Below, piece by piece: positions 31,506 through 38,956 of a stretch of DNA of 64,000 nt. The stretch spans positions 45,123 through 109,122 of the forward strand of contig CALEFO010000194.1 in NCBI GenBank assembly GCA_937877165.1, read 5' to 3'. The notes under the pieces are model-generated. The model ran no database searches. It saw only the letters and a list, made by a program, of their open reading frames with translations, and was not told the DNA's origin. Each line of letters starts with the position of its first letter. The stretch's first letter is position 1. This stretch comes from an uncultured Lachnospiraceae bacterium. Its GTDB lineage: Bacteria; Bacillota; Clostridia; Lachnospirales; Lachnospiraceae. A program made the position numbers and the translations under genes.

Positions 31506-31819
31506 GGTGAAATCACCTCCTCCGTCAGACTTCTCGCTACATACCGTTTTACAACCGGTGTTTTCCAAGCCCGACCGTCATCCGTCAGGCCGTGCAGCTG
31601 GATTTCCATCCATCCCGGAGAAAAGAGCCCCGATTCCTTCTGATCCAGATCAATAATGATCAGCATGGATTCCGGTTTGATCTTCACATCCTCCATCCGT
31701 TTCTGAAGCAGTGTGCTTCCCTGCCGCAGATCCGCGCGCATGTTCACGGTATGTGTAAGCCATGACCGGTATGCCTGATTCAGCCGGAGAATGATCTTCG
31801 GCGTTGTGTATGGAATCAT
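31502..31819 (-). CDS. Hypothetical protein (105 aa)
   Basis: ORF packed tightly in the operon. Confidence 0.5.
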   Translation of the reverse strand: MIPYTTPKIILRLNQAYRSWLTHTVNMRADLRQGSTLLQKRMEDVKIKPESMLIIIDLDQKESGLFSPGWMEIQLHGLTDDGRAWKTPVVKRYVARSLTEEVISP

Positions 31820-32089
31820 TTAGTCCTCTTTTCTCTCCAAACGGAAATAGCAGTGTTCCGGATCTTCCGGAAGAAACATGACCGCAGCAAGCCGCATATG
31901 GTCATACTCTCCTGACACGCCGCCATTCGTCCGGATCACAATGTGCACCAGATTCTCATCTGCGAACTTCTTTACTGCCGCCAGTGCTTTCGCCTGCGGA
32001 AGCTTCAGCCCCAGCCGCGACATTGATGACTGCGGAAGAAGCTCATATTTCGTTCCGTCCAAAAGTGAAATTGTATCTGTCGTTTCCAT
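31820..32089 (-). CDS. Hypothetical protein (89 aa)
   Basis: Start set at METTDT, which has the RBS GGAGGT. Confidence 0.5.
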   Translation of the reverse strand: METTDTISLLDGTKYELLPQSSMSRLGLKLPQAKALAAVKKFADENLVHIVIRTNGGVSGEYDHMRLAAVMFLPEDPEHCYFRLERKED

Positions 32090-32138
32090 TGTTACCTCCA
32101 TAAATCACAGTGGCACTTTTCTGCTGTAGTTTTGTGCA

Positions 32139-32181
32139 TAAGAAAAGAGAGCGTTCCGGTTTTTCCCCATCTACGCTCTCT
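32139..32181 (-). terminator. Rho-independent terminator after the HicB-like gene
   Basis: Minus strand AGAGAGCGT-loop-ACGCTCTCT followed by TTTCTTAT. Confidence 0.5.
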
Positions 32182-32239
32182 ACTCTGATTTTCAATTTTT
32201 TTCATGTGTTACTGGATCTGCCGCTTGGAATAACCTGCG

Positions 32240-32434
32240 TCATTTCTGTCCCGAATCGTCTTTCAAATCATCCGGCTCATGTATTTTGATACCCTCTTCT
32301 ATTGCTGCCTCTATCCACTCTTTTTTCGCGTCTTCCGCATTGGAAAGCGCTGTCTCCATAGTCTCTCCGCACGTAATGCATCCCAGAAGATCCGGAAACG
32401 ACACAACATAACCGCCTTCTTCACGATCCTCCAT
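32240..32434 (-). CDS. Orphan HicB-like domain protein (64 aa)
   Basis: GGYVVSFPDLLGCITCGETMETALSNAEDAKKEWIE. A minus-strand TATAAT lies at 32461..32466. Confidence 0.7.
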   Translation of the reverse strand: MEDREEGGYVVSFPDLLGCITCGETMETALSNAEDAKKEWIEAAIEEGIKIHEPDDLKDDSGQK

Positions 32435-32470
32435 GATTTCCGGCCTCACTTTCCACAACTATTATAAGGG

Positions 32471-32821
32471 ATGTATCAGCATTCGTATAAGTCGGGATAT
32501 ACGAATGGGAAAGAAAGCGTTGGATTTGCGTCAAAAATATACAAAGTCACGCCACCAATATATGCAACTCAAGTTGCAATAGATGTATCCGATCTTCCGA
32601 ACTGCGATAGATATGTCATGTATGAATCTATCTCTTGTGAAATGCTCTCTGGTCTGCAATTTAACAACTGGAACACGTCAATGGATCGTGGTGCAGATAT
32701 AAGGTTCTCCTATAACAGCTCTACCAGACAGGTCATCGTCAAACTGAGTGGGTATCTGCTGTTCACATATGGCACTGACAAGCGGGAGCTGAGCTTTCGG
32801 ATACACTATTTTACGTTCTGA
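32471..32821 (+). CDS. Silent alternative tail-fibre C-terminal cassette 1 (inverted relative to the fibre gene)
   Basis: Begins HSYKSGYTNGK, ..FSYNSSTRQVIVK.., ends HYFTF. This parallels SYKSGYANKK, ..MSYNSSNGILTVK.. and FYCYYAA of the expressed tip. No functional RBS. Confidence 0.7.
   Translation: MYQHSYKSGYTNGKESVGFASKIYKVTPPIYATQVAIDVSDLPNCDRYVMYESISCEMLSGLQFNNWNTSMDRGADIRFSYNSSTRQVIVKLSGYLLFTYGTDKRELSFRIHYFTF
32482..32505 (+). repeat. Recombination-site-like dyad A: TTCGTATAAGTCGGGATATACGAA
   Basis: 8-bp perfect inverted arms. 22 of 24 positions match site C in inverted orientation. Confidence 0.7.
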
Positions 32822-32835
32822 TCGAACTGACACCC

Positions 32836-32859
32836 TTCGATAACGTCGGGTTATGCGAA
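32836..32859 (+). repeat. Recombination-site-like dyad B: TTCGATAACGTCGGGTTATGCGAA
   Basis: 21 of 24 positions match site C in inverted orientation. Lies 14 nt after the cassette 1 stop. Confidence 0.7.
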
Positions 32860-32875
32860 TGGTAGAAAGTACATT

Positions 32876-33160
32876 GTGGAGTCATTCAGCGTTTCTGGCT
32901 CAAGCAACAATATCGCGACGTATGATTTTGGAAAATATTTCAGCACATATGAAGAATTTTTGAAGCATGCAATTGTTGCCGTAGCCGGATTTCGCCTTAA
33001 CGGTGGAACCGACAGCGGGTCTGGCTATTATGTTTATGATGGTAAGGAACATACGTCGTTGTGCGGTCGAGTGAGGAATAGCGGCACTTCTATTACTGTT
33101 TCGCATTATCAGAACGGGGCTGTTGCCAATATCTGCAATTACGTTCTCATTTTCCAGTAA
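32876..33160 (+). CDS. Silent alternative tail-fibre C-terminal cassette 2 (coding frame actually opens at site B, 32837)
   Basis: The frame through site B reads SITSGYANGRKYIVESFSVSG..., continuous with the track ORF. Stop codons lie just upstream of site B and there is no RBS. Confidence 0.7.
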   Translation: MESFSVSGSSNNIATYDFGKYFSTYEEFLKHAIVAVAGFRLNGGTDSGSGYYVYDGKEHTSLCGRVRNSGTSITVSHYQNGAVANICNYVLIFQ

Positions 33161-33170
33161 TGCAACGATA

Positions 33171-34172
33171 TTACGCTGCGTAGTAGCAATAGAACGTTCC
33201 GGTAACGGAACCGGCGCCACCAGACTCACCGATTGCGTTATTGCACTGAAGATTCTTGACAGTCAGAATTCCATTTGAACTGTTGTATGACATCGAGCAG
33301 GTTACTGAACTGTTTGCCTCTGTACCTTTGTAATACGTCTCTGGATTGCCCCAATGGTTATCCGTTCGCGAAACCCGTGAGGGTACAAAAGCAAAGTTTT
33401 CAATTGTGAAACTCTGGAATCCTGGAATAGATGCAGCTGAGTATGTACCGCTTCCGCCGGTTCCGATGGCAACTCTGTGTAGCTTTTTGTTCGCATAACC
33501 CGACTTATACGAAGCGCTCTCCGTGTTCACCCGGCCGTCCGCGTCGCTCACGCCCGCATTGTATGCCCCTGCGCCGGAAACATATCCCCCACCGCTATGA
33601 TACCCTGCAGGAATCGCAACATTACCGTTTCCCGTTGTCTCTCCGGTCCATGCGCCGTTGTTCGGCATTGTGCCGGTCACATTCTCCTGTTCCGCGGACG
33701 AGAAGGTTTTCCCACTCAGGACGTCCGCTGCTGCCGCATTCCCGGTGGGATTTCTAAAAGGGGTTACAGTTCCACCCTGAGAGGTCTTGAATCCCCATTT
33801 TCCATCTGCATCTGTCCCGAAATACAGCCCATTCAGCTGATCGGAATGCTTTTTGCCGATCCTGGCATCCAGAACATAGCCTTCTGCATTCGTCGTCTCG
33901 TTGTTGGCGATTGCCGCAAATGCGGCAGACTTCATATCCGTGAACCACTTTGCAATCTTTCCCATGAGCGTTCCCAGCGTTTCGGTGCTGGCCACATTGG
34001 TCCTCTCCGCTGCCGCTGCGAACGTCACCGTGTTCTTGCTGGCATCTCCGGCTGCAGTCTGCATGGTCTGCAACTCCTTGTCGATGGCCTTGAAATTGTC
34101 GTTGAAGTCCTCCACATTGACCGGATCCTTTCCTTCCGGCAGCTTCATCCGCAGTAAATCCGTCAGTTTCAT
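33171..34172 (-). CDS. Tail fibre protein (constant N-terminal part plus currently expressed C-terminal tip)
   Basis: Start set at MKLTDLLRMKLPEGKDPVNVEDFNDNF, which has the RBS AAAGGTGGAAGG. Follows the XkdU-like gene. Confidence 0.8.
   Translation of the reverse strand: MKLTDLLRMKLPEGKDPVNVEDFNDNFKAIDKELQTMQTAAGDASKNTVTFAAAAERTNVASTETLGTLMGKIAKWFTDMKSAAFAAIANNETTNAEGYVLDARIGKKHSDQLNGLYFGTDADGKWGFKTSQGGTVTPFRNPTGNAAAADVLSGKTFSSAEQENVTGTMPNNGAWTGETTGNGNVAIPAGYHSGGGYVSGAGAYNAGVSDADGRVNTESASYKSGYANKKLHRVAIGTGGSGTYSAASIPGFQSFTIENFAFVPSRVSRTDNHWGNPETYYKGTEANSSVTCSMSYNSSNGILTVKNLQCNNAIGESGGAGSVTGTFYCYYAA
33490..33513 (-). repeat. Recombination-site-like dyad C inside the fibre gene (minus-strand read TTCGTATAAGTCGGGTTATGCGAA)
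   Basis: Encodes S-Y-K-S-G-Y-A-N at the constant/variable junction. Confidence 0.7.
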
Positions 34173-34268
34173 TCCTTCCACCTTTCTGCCGCATTCGCGG
34201 CGCTGTGCAAAGAAAACGCTGTGCAGAAGGTTCTCCCCTCGCATAGCGTTTTCTCACAATACCCTGAT

Positions 34269-34991
34269 TCAGTTCTTTGCTTCCTTGATCTGCGTTACTG
34301 TATTCCAACTGTTCTGCTTCAGACTGCGCCAGCTCGGCTGAACAGCTGCCAGAGAATCCCAGGACACATACGGAATCTTCTGATTGATCCGAAGGCCATC
34401 CCATGTGTATGCGGTCAGATCATTCCAGATCTTTCCTGCCAGTTCATCCCAGATCACATACCGATACGTGATTTCATAAGCAAGATGCGCCGGTTTCAGC
34501 TCATCCAGGAGCCTGCGGAACAGCTTGATATGATTGGGAATTCCATATCCTCCGACAAAAATCACCGTGAACTTATATTCTGCCGCAGTCTCTTCCACCA
34601 TCGCCTCTGTTCCGGTGACGCTCTGCGCAATCTGGGCGATTCTTGCCGGTGTCAGCATCTCTGTGCCGGACAGCCTGGCCATGATCAGCGCACGTCTGGC
34701 TTCATCCGTTGCTTCCTCGCTGATTTCCAGCGCCAGCAGCTTCTCCCAGTGTTCCAGATCCCACGTTGCAAGGCTTGGGATTCCCTGCTCCATCAGGCTG
34801 TCCATCAGTGCATGCGCACGTCCGATTTCATAGCCCTGTGCCTCATAAATGGCCGCCATCTCTTCGAACTCCGGAAGATACGGCGGCACATACTTCGTCA
34901 GATCCACAAATCGAACGGGCAGTTCGAAAGCCTTCTTTTCAGCCTCGTCCTGCCCGTACATCTTTTCACCATAGAGGATTTCGCCCTGCAT
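34269..34991 (-). CDS. XkdU/YmfQ-like (DUF2313) baseplate/tail protein
   Basis: 240 aa between the baseplate-J-like gene and the fibre gene, as in PBSX-like tails. Confidence 0.7.
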   Translation of the reverse strand: MQGEILYGEKMYGQDEAEKKAFELPVRFVDLTKYVPPYLPEFEEMAAIYEAQGYEIGRAHALMDSLMEQGIPSLATWDLEHWEKLLALEISEEATDEARRALIMARLSGTEMLTPARIAQIAQSVTGTEAMVEETAAEYKFTVIFVGGYGIPNHIKLFRRLLDELKPAHLAYEITYRYVIWDELAGKIWNDLTAYTWDGLRINQKIPYVSWDSLAAVQPSWRSLKQNSWNTVTQIKEAKN

Positions 34992-34994
34992 CTG

Positions 34995-35420
34995 CTACTC
35001 CTCCGTTTCCGTCACTCCCATGAGCCGGTTCCATGTAAACGCTGTCGGATCTCCCTTGATCTCCACGTTGATGGCATTGATCTCCTTTTCGACCTTCACC
35101 AGCTCATTCTGCACATCATTGATGTCATCCGCCTCCACCTCATCGCCCTGGTACTCATAGCTGATGTAGATATAAGGCTCCGAAGATTCCACATGGATCT
35201 GCCTCGCCCATGGTCTGCCGGGCGGCGCAGCTGCCGTAAATGGCAGTTCTGTTCCAGACTGCTTCGGCCCTGTGCAGACGGTCAGCGTATCATCATCCAC
35301 ATTGTCATGAATCAGCTCGCCCTCATACACACCGCCTTCCGGCATTTCTACCGTTTCCTCAATGATGTAGGCGCTTCCCTGCGTTTTATTCTTTTTCTCA
35401 ATGAACTTTCTGACTTCCAT
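34995..35420 (-). CDS. Hypothetical tail protein (141 aa) ending in the FTWNRLMGVTETEE motif
   Basis: ATGA overlap with the baseplate J stop. Confidence 0.6.
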   Translation of the reverse strand: MEVRKFIEKKNKTQGSAYIIEETVEMPEGGVYEGELIHDNVDDDTLTVCTGPKQSGTELPFTAAAPPGRPWARQIHVESSEPYIYISYEYQGDEVEADDINDVQNELVKVEKEINAINVEIKGDPTAFTWNRLMGVTETEE

Positions 35421-36457
35421 CAGGTCACCACCTCCAGCGTCACGGTCCCGGCAACCGCAATCTGTTCCTCTGTAAGCTCCACGTTCTCAGCCTTTCCGTT
35501 CAGCTTCAGCTCCGAATAATCCGTAACGCCTTCTGTCTCCAGCAGAATCTTTCCAATCATGGAGAGATTGACGCTTCCGGCCTCATAGGCGTTTGCTGCC
35601 AGATAGCGTATGAGTGCCAACTGGAACTTACTGCTGACGCTCGCGCTGTTCTCGCCTTTTCCGATCGAAATCTTCGCTGTGACATTAACCGGAAGCTCTG
35701 CCGCTGATGCAACGGTCACGGCTGCACCAACCGGCCGGACAGAATCAATATATTCCTGCGTCTCCCGGACCAGCTCTGCGGATGCCGCCTTCTTTTCCGT
35801 GCTGGCAATCACAACCTTGACCGTGCCCGGCCCGCTGGCCAGCGGATAAATCTTTGCTGCTCCGACTCCGGTCACAGACATCGCCCAGTTATAATAATCC
35901 TGTGCATTTCCACTTGCCGCAGGCTTGCGCAGCAGCTCCAGATATCTGGTCCGGAACGCCTCGGTATCTTCCTCATCTGTTCCGGCGTCCAGCAGCTCCG
36001 TAAGGGTCGCGGACCTTAATCCGTTGATATATTCCATCGGGATCAGGTATCCTGCCAGTGCGTTTCCTGCTGCCCCAGCAGTCTCACATTCCAGCTCATA
36101 GACACCCGGTGAAAGCTTTGCCGTTACCGCCAGATTCATTTCATCATTGTTGAACCGCTCACCGATCGGAATATTCAGCTGCTCCGGAACGAACACCGCC
36201 TTCCATCTCGCCGGCGTTGCCTCCTTCGGCGTGATTCCACGCTCTGCCGCTCTTTTGACCAGATATTCTCTGGATGCCGTATCGGCAAACATTTCCTTCT
36301 CCAGCGTCTCCATGTCCATATACAGGAGCTGGTGCTCAATCGCGGTCGGGGCCAGCGCATCATGAATCACGGATCCTTCCCGCTTGTCGAATTTCGCAGG
36401 CACCTTATCCATCATTCTCTGCAAAATACCGGAGAAAGACGTATCAAACAGTGACAT
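35420..36457 (-). CDS. Baseplate J-like protein (XkdT-like)
   Basis: Start set at MSLFDTSFSGILQRMMDKVP, which has the RBS AAAGGAG. Size and position are typical. Confidence 0.8.
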   Translation of the reverse strand: MSLFDTSFSGILQRMMDKVPAKFDKREGSVIHDALAPTAIEHQLLYMDMETLEKEMFADTASREYLVKRAAERGITPKEATPARWKAVFVPEQLNIPIGERFNNDEMNLAVTAKLSPGVYELECETAGAAGNALAGYLIPMEYINGLRSATLTELLDAGTDEEDTEAFRTRYLELLRKPAASGNAQDYYNWAMSVTGVGAAKIYPLASGPGTVKVVIASTEKKAASAELVRETQEYIDSVRPVGAAVTVASAAELPVNVTAKISIGKGENSASVSSKFQLALIRYLAANAYEAGSVNLSMIGKILLETEGVTDYSELKLNGKAENVELTEEQIAVAGTVTLEVVT

Positions 36458-36884
36458 TCTCAAACTCCTTTCCGATTTCGGCATCGCCGAAGATCGTATG
36501 CGCCACGAACTGCACATAAATGGCATTTTTCCGCGGATATGAAAAAGAAAAGCTGTCCAGTGAAGCAATTCTGTCATCCGCTGACAGCGCCTCGCGGATT
36601 CTTCTCTCCAGCTCCGGGCAGATATAGGTCATGTTCTTTCCGTACAGGTCTTTCAATTCGATCCCATAGTTCCAGGAATAAATCGGATATTCATACCTCT
36701 CCGTATTCAGGACCTTCCATATGGCCTGCAGCATAGCCTCCTGCCCGTCTGTCGTCCCGATGATTCTCTGATTCTCCGGCAGCATATGATATGTAAAAGA
36801 CGGATCCGTTTCAAAATCCAGTTCCTGAAGAGCCTTATGATCATTCGTTTCCGGTATCACTGTCCAGCCTCCCTGAGATAGCAA
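36444..36884 (-). CDS. XkdS-like (DUF2634) baseplate protein
   Basis: GQEAMLQAIWKVLNTERYEYPIYSWNYGIELKDL resembles the DUF2634 core. TTG start. Confidence 0.65.
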   Translation of the reverse strand: MLSQGGWTVIPETNDHKALQELDFETDPSFTYHMLPENQRIIGTTDGQEAMLQAIWKVLNTERYEYPIYSWNYGIELKDLYGKNMTYICPELERRIREALSADDRIASLDSFSFSYPRKNAIYVQFVAHTIFGDAEIGKEFENVTV

Positions 36885-37317
36885 ACTTCTGTCCGCCCTG
36901 CGCCTGAGTGATAATCACCTTATCCCCTTTCTTCAGGAAATCCTTCATGCTGATGATCAGCTCATCCTCCGCGCATCCATCGTCCTCACACAGGTCATAA
37001 GTCTCTGTGAATACTTCCCGGCATTTCTCAGATTCGTTGATCTCGCGGAAGAGCTTCCGGAGTTCGGCGATCATCGGGTGCCGGATCTTCACCTTGCGCT
37101 CCCGGTATTCTGCCGGCGTGTCAAACTTCAGGTCCGTCTGCTCTTCGTCAAACTCCAGCTGCTGGTCAATCTTTACCCCCAGCACCTTCCCCGTCTCTTT
37201 GTCCGCTTCCGTGATCTCTCCGTACATGACGCGCGTCGGATCGCTCTCTTCCACGGCTTCCCTTGCTGCCCGCTTGATGGCCGCAAGGATATCCTTCGCA
37301 TCCAGCAAGAAAATCAC
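36841..37317 (-). CDS. XkdR-like (DUF2577) baseplate protein
   Basis: Position and size within the Xkd-type gene order. Confidence 0.6.
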   Translation of the reverse strand: MIFLLDAKDILAAIKRAAREAVEESDPTRVMYGEITEADKETGKVLGVKIDQQLEFDEEQTDLKFDTPAEYRERKVKIRHPMIAELRKLFREINESEKCREVFTETYDLCEDDGCAEDELIISMKDFLKKGDKVIITQAQGGQKFAISGRLDSDTGNE

Positions 37318-37320
37318 CTC

Positions 37321-38286
37321 CTATGCCACAAACTCACCGCCCCGTACCGTCAGATCCATATAGTGCTCACTTTCCGAGTAGGTGTGTTTTGCCTTTTCCA
37401 CCAGCATCAGATTGCTGATACTGACATCATCAAATTCCAGCCGGACCGCAAGAAGAGACCCCGCCCGGATGTGCGAATCCCCGAAGGCATTCGAAATGGT
37501 CAGATTTCTGGTCTCCGCATTGTAAAGGTTCAGAAGAGCCTTCGCTTTCGCTGGTCCGTCCTCTCCCTTGTCCAGCTTGTCCGTATATTGCAGCACTCCC
37601 CATTTGTTGATGTTCTCACCGGACTGCGCAATATATGCCTGCCTTCCACCCGCCTCAGAATCCTCGTAGATGAGTTTTACCTTGTTATAGGTCTCTTTAT
37701 CGATCGAACGTGAATACTCGAAATCCTGCGCCGTTTCCTCGTCAATCAGGAGGTTGTACTGCATATCCCCGATGTTCTTGAGCGTAAGACTCCCGAAATC
37801 ATCGAACAGAACGAAGAGCTGTCCGGTTTCCTTTACCGTCCGGTCAATGGAATTCCCAACGATATCGAACAGTGTTTTATCCTTCTCCGTTCTGGTAATG
37901 GGACACCCGGTTGATGCCAGGCTGCCGCAGTTCAGACGGAAGTCCTTCGCAATCATCTGAAGGATCTCCCCCGTTTCCTTCTTCACGTAGTTGTAGGTTG
38001 CCTTGTTCTTGAAATACCGGAGCTGATCGTAGGCCGTAATGGTCAGAATGTGGTCCTTCTTCTGCTTGATCGTGAAAACAAAGCCGTAGAAAACGCCGAT
38101 CTTTCCGTCCTTGAAATACACCACATCGCCGTTGGCAATCGTAATGTTCCCATCGTTGACAATGCTGAAGGAAAGAGACCCGGCGGAGCCGGATCTCTGC
38201 GTTTCCCACTGTATTTTGCTCTCCACAACCGGAAGATAGCTCTTCCCTTCATGAACGGTCATCAGCGTATAAGATTCATCCGCCAT
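37321..38286 (-). CDS. XkdQ-like baseplate hub / late-control-D-like protein
   Basis: 321 aa after the LysM protein, as in PBSX-like tails. Confidence 0.7.
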   Translation of the reverse strand: MADESYTLMTVHEGKSYLPVVESKIQWETQRSGSAGSLSFSIVNDGNITIANGDVVYFKDGKIGVFYGFVFTIKQKKDHILTITAYDQLRYFKNKATYNYVKKETGEILQMIAKDFRLNCGSLASTGCPITRTEKDKTLFDIVGNSIDRTVKETGQLFVLFDDFGSLTLKNIGDMQYNLLIDEETAQDFEYSRSIDKETYNKVKLIYEDSEAGGRQAYIAQSGENINKWGVLQYTDKLDKGEDGPAKAKALLNLYNAETRNLTISNAFGDSHIRAGSLLAVRLEFDDVSISNLMLVEKAKHTYSESEHYMDLTVRGGEFVA

Positions 38287-38956
38287 TTTTCGCCTTTCTC
38301 TCCGGAAGCGTCAGAACCTGCCCCGGATAGATCTTGTTCGGATTGGAACCAATCGTCTTCACATTGGCGTTGTACACATCCTTCCAGGCGTCCGCGCTGT
38401 TGTAGTACTTCTTCGAGATCGTAATGAGGTTGTCGCCGCTCTTTACGGTGTACTGTGATGCAGACGGCTTGTTCCCTGCTGCCGTGGCCCGTTTCTTCTC
38501 CGCAGCAGCCTTTGCATTGGCAATCCTGACGTTTCTGGTCCCATATGCCCGGTACTGCTTCAGATTTATGGACACACCGCAGTCAAGGCCATACTCATCA
38601 TGATCCTCTGTGATCTCATACGTTTCCATGGAGACCAGCATGGACGTCCCGAACAGGCTTCCGCCGGAAGGAATGGGCCTCGCCACGGTAAAGGCGAACG
38701 GCTCCCTTGAAATCTTCAGCTCCTCGAACAGCTCCAGATAATAGGCTGCCGGCATGAAGGAACCTTCTGCAAAGGGATATTCCTGATTCGGCAGAAGAAG
38801 ATCGAATGAAATTTCTGTCAGTCCCGCCTTCTTCAGGATATTCACATCTCCTTCATTGATCAGGTTCACCGTCTTATTGTTGTTCGCAATCTTCAGCTTC
38901 AGTTTGCCCGGGGCAATCGGCATCTGGACACCGTTCAGATAGAATTCATAGCTCAT
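38276..38956 (-). CDS. LysM-domain tail protein (XkdP-like)
   Basis: C-terminal YTVKSGDNLITISKKYY...IYPGQVLTLP is a LysM motif. Confidence 0.8.
   Translation of the reverse strand: MSYEFYLNGVQMPIAPGKLKLKIANNNKTVNLINEGDVNILKKAGLTEISFDLLLPNQEYPFAEGSFMPAAYYLELFEELKISREPFAFTVARPIPSGGSLFGTSMLVSMETYEITEDHDEYGLDCGVSINLKQYRAYGTRNVRIANAKAAAEKKRATAAGNKPSASQYTVKSGDNLITISKKYYNSADAWKDVYNANVKTIGSNPNKIYPGQVLTLPERKAKNGG

Noticed and set aside
32471-33513. A diversity-generating retroelement as the explanation for the variable fibre tips.
   Set aside because: No reverse transcriptase ORF and no template/variable repeat pair with adenine-specific differences is present. The cassettes are diverged along their whole length and are bounded by dyad sites, which fits site-specific inversion.
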